From: a virus
Taxonomy: Duplodnaviria > Caudoviricetes
Length of the DNA stretch: 56,788 bases
IMG/VR virus record: IMGVR_UViG_3300042868_005444
Span: 1-56,788 of that record
Reading direction: 5' to 3' (one strand)
The notes under the pieces are model-generated. The model was not told where the DNA came from, did not search any database, and worked only from the letters and a program-made list of their open reading frames with translations. Position numbers and translations under genes: made by a program. The stretch's first letter is position 1. Each line of letters begins with the position of its first letter. Shown here one piece after another: positions 28,746 through 35,484 of the stretch.

Positions 28746-29006
28746 TTAGCAGTCCCACGCCCTGAGGCTTTTATTGATCCGACTATTCGGGTCTTTGGCG
28801 GTCTTTTCGCTGGTTAGCTTGCTCTTCATGCCAGACATTCTGGCACAAAAAGAGGCCTTTCGCCCAGCATCTTTTTCGGTCTTCGGCTTTGGGGCCGGTG
28901 GCTTCAAGTTCATGCCTTGCGCCTTGGCGGAGGCGCGGCCTTTCGCGTTCAGGCCGCCTTCGGGGTTCTTCCCCTCCGCCCTTGTCCATGCTGGAGACTT
29001 TGCCAT
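28746..29006 (-). CDS. small basic hypothetical protein
   Basis: MAKSPAW.R.EGKNP.GGLN...SFCARM...SLRAWDC. Confidence 0.75.
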   Translation of the reverse strand: MAKSPAWTRAEGKNPEGGLNAKGRASAKAQGMNLKPPAPKPKTEKDAGRKASFCARMSGMKSKLTSEKTAKDPNSRINKSLRAWDC

Positions 29007-29314
29007 CAGCGTATTCCAGCCTGAACGATATAGGCGGTGACGGTGCCAGTGCCCGACGTCACGTTGATTGACAGGGCGTGGTGCGGAACCGTGATGGAGC
29101 CGTTGGCGTCTGCCGTTTTGGCCGAAAAGCCAGCGTCAACGGCCCAGACAGAAGGCGTCCCAGTGGACGGATCGTCCATCGAGATTTCGATGTTGAAGGT
29201 CGCGGTGCCGGTTACGGTCGCAACAATGCCGACGTTGAAGGGGTTCTGGAAGCTGTCAGACGCGATGATGGCGCTGCGGCCAGTCCCGGTCTTGCTGATA
29301 GTGATCGGGGTCAT
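29006..29314 (-). CDS. small beta-rich structural protein
   Basis: 102 aa, AAGGA RBS. Confidence 0.7.
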   Translation of the reverse strand: MTPITISKTGTGRSAIIASDSFQNPFNVGIVATVTGTATFNIEISMDDPSTGTPSVWAVDAGFSAKTADANGSITVPHHALSINVTSGTGTVTAYIVQAGIR

Positions 29315-29334
29315 GTTCGCATCCTTTCACGGTG

Positions 29335-29360
29335 AGTGAGAAGGGGCCTTTCGGCCCCTC
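29335..29360 (-). terminator. probable intrinsic terminator
   Basis: AGGGGCC-GAAA-GGCCCCT hairpin followed by TCTC on the - strand, just after stop at 29364; weak U-tract. Confidence 0.6.
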
Positions 29361-29363
29361 CCA

Positions 29364-29540
29364 TTAGTACTTTGCCTTGGGGGCAGCTGCCGACATCAGC
29401 GGCATGCCGTGGACAGCGGTGCCGCCAATCACGTTCTTGCTGCCGGTGGCGACGTGAGCAGACGTATTGCCGCTCTTGTCGGTGCCAGTTTTGACCGTCT
29501 TGGTGACAGACATGGCGGGTTTTTTGTTACCAACGCGCAT
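29364..29540 (-). CDS. small basic hypothetical protein
   Basis: AAGGAG RBS before ATG 29540 (MRVGNKK...). Confidence 0.6.
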   Translation of the reverse strand: MRVGNKKPAMSVTKTVKTGTDKSGNTSAHVATGSKNVIGGTAVHGMPLMSAAAPKAKY

Positions 29541-29552
29541 TGATGTCACTCC

Positions 29553-30008
29553 TTACGGCTGCTGAGCGTAAACGAGGGTCACGTTGACGTAACCGGCGGT
29601 TGTTGCGCCGGTCGGGGTTACAGTGACCACAACGGGGGCCGTGGTTGGGGCCGGTACGCCCAAGACGGACACGTTCGACATGGCCGCCAGCTGCGCTGCG
29701 GTGAAGGTCGGACGAACACGACCAGCGGTTTTGGCGTCAACACCGGAAGCGTACTGGGTGCCAGCTGCGGCGGTGCCGACCGAGAGGACAGCGGTGGTCG
29801 CCGAGTTGAAGGCGGTCAGAACGTCCACGATGATGTCGATGATTTTCGACCCAGCGGGGATGTAGAGTGTCGACGAGACAGCGGTGGTGCTGTTCTGAGT
29901 GATCGAGGTTTCCTGCTCGAGAACGGCAAAGCCGAGGTTCGGGCCGTTGGTTTCACCGGTTTTAAGGGTGCCAGACCGCACGGGTCCGGAGAAAGTGGTG
30001 GTACCCAT
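29553..30008 (-). CDS. capsid-associated (decoration/fibre-like) protein
   Basis: MGTTTFSGPV start after GGAG; beta-rich; directly after the capsid gene. Confidence 0.7.
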   Translation of the reverse strand: MGTTTFSGPVRSGTLKTGETNGPNLGFAVLEQETSITQNSTTAVSSTLYIPAGSKIIDIIVDVLTAFNSATTAVLSVGTAAAGTQYASGVDAKTAGRVRPTFTAAQLAAMSNVSVLGVPAPTTAPVVVTVTPTGATTAGYVNVTLVYAQQP

Positions 30009-30090
30009 TCGGGCATCTCCTTGCACAATGACCGCCCTGTCTGTGCAACGTCCGCTGGGCGCGGTCAGGACGGAGTTTCAGCCCAGTTGA
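30009..30090 (-). promoter_or_regulatory. candidate structured RNA leader (H-type pseudoknot abutting RBS)
   Basis: Crossing stems CCGUCCUG/CAGGGCGG (30073-30066 / 30039-30032) and UUGCACA/UGUGCAA (30048-30042 / 30027-30021); GGAG at 30020-30017. Confidence 0.45.
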
Positions 30091-30117
30091 AGAGGAAGGG
30101 GAGCCCAAAGGCTCCCC
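30089..30117 (-). terminator. probable intrinsic terminator after major capsid gene
   Basis: GGGGAGCC-TTTG-GGCTCCCC followed by TTCCTCTT. Confidence 0.65.
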
Positions 30118-30130
30118 CAAGTTTTCGCCA

Positions 30131-31042
30131 TTACGAGGGGAACGAACCGAAGATCGAACGCCAGTTGTAGTAGCCGAACGAGTAACGCTCGTAGCCTTTG
30201 ACGAGGAGGTTATCCGTCACGAAATCGACTTGCATGTCGGTTTCGAACTTCACGCGCTCCATGTACGACAGGCCGTCGATGTTGGTCAGCAGGAACCAAG
30301 CGCCGGTCGAGGTCAAGAAGTCGTTGACCATGTAGCCTTCCGGCAAGCCGCCAGCGGTCGACATGATCGCGTTGACGTCGTTGTCGGCGGTGCCCGGACG
30401 CAGTTCCGTCTTGGTCAGGCGGATTGCGACGGGTTCCAGCTGCGGCGGAACGATCAGCTTACGACCGCGAGCGAACACCTTCAGGCCTGCCTGATCGCGG
30501 AAGTTGGACCGGATCGAGATCATGCCGTTCAGCAGGGTCGCTTCGTTCAGTTCAACGTCCGTGGTCGGGCGGTTTGCAACAGTGCCGCCGTCGATGGGGT
30601 GGCTGGTAGAGATCAGAGCCACGCCGTCACCACCGATTGCACCGTTGTAGGTGGTCGCGGTGTTCAGGACGTTTGCGCCGTAGATTTCCTTGGTCTGCTG
30701 GAAGCTCTCGATCAGACCGAGGTTCGACGGTGCGAACTGGGTTTTGTACAGGTTGTCGTCGACAGCTTTGCGAGTGATCGCGTAGCCCAAGCCGATTTCA
30801 ACGTGCTCTTGGTTGTAGATGAAGCGCTCACCGGCGTTGTTGTCGAACGCAGTTTGGCCACCTTCAGTCTTCAACTGCGCAAAGCCAAGGTAGCGCATCT
30901 CGGCAGTACGCTCGAGAGCCATCTTGGAATTGTGCTTCGTGAAGATTTTGTCGTACTGAGACGGGATCATCTCGTACTTGCCTTCAACGCCACGGAGGCC
31001 GGGGAGCAGAAGGTCTTTAATGGCAGAAAGATTAACAGCCAT
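30131..31042 (-). CDS. major capsid protein
   Basis: 303 aa; LLPGL...Y, KTEG, LGYAIT...DDNLY, GDGVAL..TSHP, KLIVPPQL, ERYSFG..NWR; strong codon bias; position after scaffold. Confidence 0.9.
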   Translation of the reverse strand: MAVNLSAIKDLLLPGLRGVEGKYEMIPSQYDKIFTKHNSKMALERTAEMRYLGFAQLKTEGGQTAFDNNAGERFIYNQEHVEIGLGYAITRKAVDDNLYKTQFAPSNLGLIESFQQTKEIYGANVLNTATTYNGAIGGDGVALISTSHPIDGGTVANRPTTDVELNEATLLNGMISIRSNFRDQAGLKVFARGRKLIVPPQLEPVAIRLTKTELRPGTADNDVNAIMSTAGGLPEGYMVNDFLTSTGAWFLLTNIDGLSYMERVKFETDMQVDFVTDNLLVKGYERYSFGYYNWRSIFGSFPS

Positions 31043-31054
31043 GTTTCATGCTCC

Positions 31055-31636
31055 TCAGATGCCGGTCAGCTGTTTGGTGCTGACGTTGTTGAAGGCCACG
31101 ATGACAAGGTTATAAGCCCCTGCCTCGGTGCCGGGTGCGCCGGGCGGATCAATGTCCAAGCTCACGATGCGGAAGGGCAGCGTGGCCGTGGTGTTGACCG
31201 TCGACATGTCGACAGATGCGCCGGAAATACCGCTTGCGGTGTTGCCGGTACCAATAGCGAAGTTCACGTTCGCATTGATGTCGGCAGCGGTTGCGCCGGT
31301 TGCGCCGGTCTGAGCGATGAAACGGGCGTTCGGATCGTTGACGATGTAACCCTCGACAGTCTGCGAGGAGGCAACATCCGAGCCGGGCCAGTAGTTCGAC
31401 CAGACGGTGCGCTTCTGCGCAACCGAGAGGTACTTACAGCCTTGGAAGACGCCAGCGATCTGGGTCGTGCCGGGAGCACCGACAACGACATATCCGTTGG
31501 CATCGGGAAGGACGGGGTCGCCATAGAAAATGGCGGAGGCATTATAGGCAATACGGACAGCGACTTGCTCGTAGGTCGGAGCTGAGCCATTGCCGCTGTA
31601 CTGCCGGAAACCGAAAGGCGCGGAGGTGTTCGCCAT
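31055..31636 (-). CDS. capsid cement/decoration-like protein
   Basis: MANTSAPFGFR...IFYGDPV...GVFQGCKY; immediately upstream of MCP; AGGAG RBS before ATG 31636. Confidence 0.75.
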   Translation of the reverse strand: MANTSAPFGFRQYSGNGSAPTYEQVAVRIAYNASAIFYGDPVLPDANGYVVVGAPGTTQIAGVFQGCKYLSVAQKRTVWSNYWPGSDVASSQTVEGYIVNDPNARFIAQTGATGATAADINANVNFAIGTGNTASGISGASVDMSTVNTTATLPFRIVSLDIDPPGAPGTEAGAYNLVIVAFNNVSTKQLTGI

Positions 31637-31639
31637 AAC

Positions 31640-31728
31640 GGGTATCTCCTTTGCAGGAGGTCCATCATCGCGCACCGGGGCGAGTGTAGAACCGGGGGTT
31701 TCAATCTCCCGCACCGGGGGGAGAGTGG
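31640..31728 (-). promoter_or_regulatory. structured 5' leader of capsid operon with two identical-loop hairpins and an RBS-sequestering hairpin
   Basis: UCUCCC-CCCGGUGC-GGGAGA (31724-31705), UCGC-CCCGGUGC-GCGA (31683-31668), CUCCU-GCAA-AGGAG (31659-31646). Confidence 0.6.
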
Positions 31729-31732
31729 CCGT

Positions 31733-31761
31733 ATAGTGTCACGTCACGCCTCGATTGTCAA
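31733..31761 (-). promoter_or_regulatory. sigma70-type promoter for capsid operon
   Basis: TTGACA (31761-31756) - 17 bp - CACTAT (31738-31733). Confidence 0.65.
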
Positions 31762-31781
31762 AGGCAAGAAAAAACCTGCCC

Positions 31782-32009
31782 TCACTCGAACTTCGAGCAG
31801 GCAATGGCCAATTTCGCATCAAAGGGGACACCGCGCGTTTTTGTGTGGACGAACACCAGCTTGCACTGGTCCCTCAAGGGTGATGAATGCTTCGGCCTTG
31901 AGTGACCACCGCACCACTTGCAGTCGATGCACTTCTTCCCGAGATCAGGGTTTGCCCAAGTCAACTGACCCGGAACGGTCATTTTCATTCTCTCGGCGAG
32001 GTCCGTCAT
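31782..32009 (-). CDS. small Cys-rich (Zn-binding) protein
   Basis: KCIDCKWC...C...ACSKF; start uncertain. Confidence 0.55.
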   Translation of the reverse strand: MTDLAERMKMTVPGQLTWANPDLGKKCIDCKWCGGHSRPKHSSPLRDQCKLVFVHTKTRGVPFDAKLAIACSKFE

Positions 32010-32145
32010 CGGCCACCCCATTCATAAATGTTGAAACGTACGGCTCAAGACTGTCCCAAGCATCTTGAACGGCGGGAGTTCCCTCCCGCCGTATCGCTTT
32101 TCTCAACCTGTCGATCTTGTTGTAGATCGTGACGGCGCGGATCAT
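31945..32145 (-). CDS. hypothetical protein
   Basis: ATGA overlap with upstream stop; 66 aa. Confidence 0.5.
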   Translation of the reverse strand: MIRAVTIYNKIDRLRKAIRREGTPAVQDAWDSLEPYVSTFMNGVADDGPRRENENDRSGSVDLGKP

Positions 32146-32672
32146 GCTTCAGGGATGGGCATCGCCTCGTAGCCCTTCTTGATCTTCGCCATTTCGTTGC
32201 CCTTGTTGGAGCGTTCGAACTGACCAGCCGGGGTTGCAGAGAGCTGTTCTTCCTTGGCACGGACCTGCAGGCGGGCTCGGCGAAGCTCAAGTTGGCGAAC
32301 CTCGTCCGTGATCTCTGCGGGGCGCTCCATGAGAACCATCCCCTTGCGGGTGATCTCGAGTTCTTTGTAGCCAGCTGGCATCATCTCAGGGTGCCGTGAG
32401 GCAGGCACAGGTTCCCAGCCATCACGCGCCAGCTTGACTTGGTGGGCCGGGTCTTCCGCCCCGAGGATAGTCTTGGTCTTCCACTCGTAGGTCCAGCCGT
32501 CAGGGATGACGCCGGGCTCAACGAAGAACTCGTCAGTGCCGTCGTCCAAGCTGCCGTCGCGGTGAGCACGATGCTCTGCGGCCTTACGGGCAGCCCTTTC
32601 GCGGGGGCTTTCTTCAGCCACGGATGCTTCGGGACGCATCGCGGGGCGCACACGCTCAAATTTATCGCTCAT
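32142..32672 (-). CDS. conserved head-module protein
   Basis: IPDGWTYEWK...GWEPV...HPE...GMVLMERP; between scaffold and capsid genes. Confidence 0.75.
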   Translation of the reverse strand: MSDKFERVRPAMRPEASVAEESPRERAARKAAEHRAHRDGSLDDGTDEFFVEPGVIPDGWTYEWKTKTILGAEDPAHQVKLARDGWEPVPASRHPEMMPAGYKELEITRKGMVLMERPAEITDEVRQLELRRARLQVRAKEEQLSATPAGQFERSNKGNEMAKIKKGYEAMPIPEA

Positions 32673-33532
32673 TGCAGCTTACCTTCCTTCTGGAGTGCGA
32701 TCTTGTTCTTGGCATAATCGTCGTGCTTCATGCCCATCATGTCGGCCATTTCACGCTCCGCAGCCGTCAATCGTACGACGTTCGTGCGGTTCGATCCACC
32801 ACGGCTGACGGGCGCAGCGGCGGGCGCTGCATCGCGGCGAGACACGACCTTGGCCGCAGACGAAGAGGCTTCCTCGTCAACGGATGAAGCAACCCTTCTG
32901 CCGACGTTCAGGGTCTGCTCGATTGCCGAGAAGTACCCATCGGTGTCAGGAGCGTGGCCGTCAGCGACCGCCAGCTCGTGTGCCGCGATCATCTTGCGGT
33001 TCAGGCGGCTGTCCTTAACAAACTCTGGGTGGGCGCGAACCCAGTCTGCCGAACGAGGCGTCAGGCGGGCAGCGAAGGCCTCCACGGGATCAGCCGACTG
33101 CGGAGGCAGAGGTTGTACCTTGGGCTTGGCCTTCATTGCCTCAAGGCCGTTGGTCAGCTGCTGCAGCTGCGTTGCGGCCTCGTTGATCTCGTCGTTGATG
33201 CTGGCGGCCCGCTCGAACTCACCGGCACGGAGAGCCTGAGCGTAGTTGGCCCTTAGGATTTCCTTGTCGCGGTTGAGCGTCTGGATCGCGTTGGTCACCA
33301 GATGGATTTCGCTCTCGTCCTTGTCGATGCGCGCCGACCGCTCACGCTCTTCGGCATCGCGGGCCATGCGCTCTGCGGCCTCACGGCGCGACCGTTCGGC
33401 CTCAAGTTGGCGCTGGAGATCGGCAATGCCGTCTTCGGGCTTTACGATTTTGACCTCTTCAGCCGCCTCATCGGGCTGCTCTTCGGTCTCTACCGTGATT
33501 TCCAGATCGTCTTGGTCTTCAATGTCGGACAT
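32669..33532 (-). CDS. putative capsid scaffolding protein
   Basis: Acidic N-terminus, long coiled coil, W...HPEF, C-terminal VRLTAAEREMA..MGM...YAK; start MSDIED after AAGGAG. Confidence 0.75.
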   Translation of the reverse strand: MSDIEDQDDLEITVETEEQPDEAAEEVKIVKPEDGIADLQRQLEAERSRREAAERMARDAEERERSARIDKDESEIHLVTNAIQTLNRDKEILRANYAQALRAGEFERAASINDEINEAATQLQQLTNGLEAMKAKPKVQPLPPQSADPVEAFAARLTPRSADWVRAHPEFVKDSRLNRKMIAAHELAVADGHAPDTDGYFSAIEQTLNVGRRVASSVDEEASSSAAKVVSRRDAAPAAAPVSRGGSNRTNVVRLTAAEREMADMMGMKHDDYAKNKIALQKEGKLQ

Positions 33533-33543
33533 GAATTGTCTCC

Positions 33544-33933
33544 TTACCAGACTGCGTCGGGGTGCGGAACGCGGCCCCTGATGTTGATGTCGTCGAAGAT
33601 GCGGCACAAGACGCCGTTCACGGTGATGGACCAGCCGTCGGACGGGCGGAATACCAGCCAGTCGTGGTCTTTGAAGTCGACGCCGGAGAACCAGTTGCCG
33701 TCCTGCTCGAAGGCCTGCGGGCCGGTTTTCACAAGGAGGCCGACCTTCGACTGGAAGCGGTCCTCGTCGGTGTGTTTGTCCGTCAGATACAGACCTGATT
33801 TCGTCTTCTGCGGGCGGATGTAGACCGCCAGAAGGACTTGGTTGTGGAACAGCTCAATCTCGGAGAGGTCGCCCAAGTCCTCGAGGAGTTTGTTCTTGGG
33901 GTCTTCGTCGTGGCTCATCATCATGTGCGGCAT
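33544..33933 (-). CDS. GroES/Cpn10-like co-chaperonin
   Basis: VLL...KTKSGLYL (mobile loop)...GLLVKTGP...DWLVF...G..CRIFDDINI. Confidence 0.8.
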   Translation of the reverse strand: MPHMMMSHDEDPKNKLLEDLGDLSEIELFHNQVLLAVYIRPQKTKSGLYLTDKHTDEDRFQSKVGLLVKTGPQAFEQDGNWFSGVDFKDHDWLVFRPSDGWSITVNGVLCRIFDDINIRGRVPHPDAVW

Positions 33934-33940
33934 TTGGTTC

Positions 33941-34141
33941 CTATCGCTTTCTCACGTTGGCTTCGGCCTCGTCCATCAGGTCGAGGATTTCAGACTGCTC
34001 ACTCAGTCTTCCGACGTGTTCACGGTATTGCTCGAACGTCCCAATCGCAAGACCAGACGTTACATTCTCGATCATGTTTTTTCTACGATCTTCAATGAGC
34101 TTGGTCAGCTCGCGCCGAAAGGCGTCCAGTGTCGTAAGCAT
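33941..34141 (-). CDS. hypothetical head-module protein
   Basis: 66 aa helical, FEQYREHVG; upstream of GroES-like gene. Confidence 0.7.
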   Translation of the reverse strand: MLTTLDAFRRELTKLIEDRRKNMIENVTSGLAIGTFEQYREHVGRLSEQSEILDLMDEAEANVRKR

Positions 34142-34175
34142 GTGTCATCCTGATTATCATCATTTTATGGGGTGA

Positions 34176-34203
34176 TCCCCGGCAGGGGAGTATCTGCCGG
34201 GGA
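34176..34203. repeat. perfect 10-bp inverted repeat (hairpin) after the GG-rich gene
   Basis: TCCCCGGCAG-8 nt-CTGCCGGGGA; no U-tract, so terminator versus mRNA-stability element is undecided. Confidence 0.6.
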
Positions 34204-34214
34204 CCGAGGACCGA

Positions 34215-35468
34215 TTAAGCCTTGGCGTTTTTGCCGTACTTTTCGATCTTCTCGAGACGACCCTCGCCGGAGCCAGCGCCGTACTTCATCTTCGGGTAGA
34301 CCTTGCCGCCATCCTTGCGAGCCATCGGCATCGGCATGGGCGGACGGCCCGGCATTGCGCCACCCGGAGGTGCGACATTGGCGGCACCGGCCAGCGCTGC
34401 GCCGAGACCCGGAGGCATACCGCCGGGGGCGGGCATGGGCATCGGAGGAGCGGCTGCAGCGGCGGGCATCGGCATCGGTGGACGCGGCATCGGCATCGGC
34501 TGAGGAGGCATCATGCCTTCCTTGGCTTCACCGCGCGGAGAGATGATGATGTTGATGTTGGTCTTGCCAACCTTGCCACCGGACTTGCGAGCAGTGCGCT
34601 CCGAAGCCTTGAACGCCTCGGCAGTCGGGGCACCCTTGGAACCCGGCTTGCGCATCTTCTCTTTCGAGCCGTCTTCGATGCGCTCACGCTTGGCGTGGAT
34701 GTTGGCATAGAGGCCGCCACCGTTCTTCTTCGGCGCGTCGTGCTTCTTGTCCTCGGGAGAGGCTTCCCACTCCTTCATCGACATGCCGTGCTTCTTGGCC
34801 AGCATTTTGTCTTCAGCGATGTCCTTCTTGGACCCCTCGACCATGCCACCGCGCTTCTTGGGCTCGCGGCCACCCTCGTCCGGGCCAGCCGAAGAGATCG
34901 CGTTCTGGTCCGAGCCACCCTGCATCGAGCCACCGTTCTTCTTGGCCGTACGACCGCCATCCTTGCGGCGGGTCATGTCGCCCTGACGGCGCTGTTCTTC
35001 GCGCATCAGGTCGTTGCCCTCTTTGATCTGCTCGGGCGTTTGCTTCATCGAGGTGCGCTCTGGCTTCGGCAGGGCCTCATAGGGGTTCAGGCCGGTGGTC
35101 AACTTGCCTTCGCCCTTGGGTTCCAACACACCGCCGCCCATCTTGCCAACACGGCCACCCTTCTTGAAGCCGCCGACGTGCTTCTTGCCTTCGCGCTCGT
35201 CATTTGCGGCCTTCTGATCGGTGTTGGCCAGACCGATGCGGCCACCGTTCATGCGGGGCTTGCGGTCAGCGCGTGTCGCGCAGGCCATGCCTTCGACCTT
35301 GCCGCCGGTCTTAAATGCGCGGCGCGAGATCGGGCGCATACCCGTCTTGGCTTCGCTGTCAAGCGGTTCAGCTGGGGTGAAGGTCGAGCTGTCGACCTTG
35401 GCAGACGAGGAGGACGCAAGGCGTTTTGCCTTGTCCTTCATCGCTGCGCGCAGAGTTTTGGCGTCCAT
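34215..35468 (-). CDS. Lys/Gly/Met-rich low-complexity protein with ~10 xxxGG motifs (putative internal head protein)
   Basis: 417 aa from MDAK (GAGGAG RBS); [70 protein letters not shown]; Pro/Met-rich tail. Confidence 0.8.
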   Translation of the reverse strand: MDAKTLRAAMKDKAKRLASSSSAKVDSSTFTPAEPLDSEAKTGMRPISRRAFKTGGKVEGMACATRADRKPRMNGGRIGLANTDQKAANDEREGKKHVGGFKKGGRVGKMGGGVLEPKGEGKLTTGLNPYEALPKPERTSMKQTPEQIKEGNDLMREEQRRQGDMTRRKDGGRTAKKNGGSMQGGSDQNAISSAGPDEGGREPKKRGGMVEGSKKDIAEDKMLAKKHGMSMKEWEASPEDKKHDAPKKNGGGLYANIHAKRERIEDGSKEKMRKPGSKGAPTAEAFKASERTARKSGGKVGKTNINIIISPRGEAKEGMMPPQPMPMPRPPMPMPAAAAAPPMPMPAPGGMPPGLGAALAGAANVAPPGGAMPGRPPMPMPMARKDGGKVYPKMKYGAGSGEGRLEKIEKYGKNAKA

Positions 35469-35484
35469 TGCGTTCTCCTCGAGG

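Noticed and set aside
30009-30090. Known riboswitch or ribozyme (SAM-II/V, ZTP, hammerhead)
   Set aside because: The conserved core nucleotides of those classes could not be matched by eye; kept only as an unassigned structured RNA.
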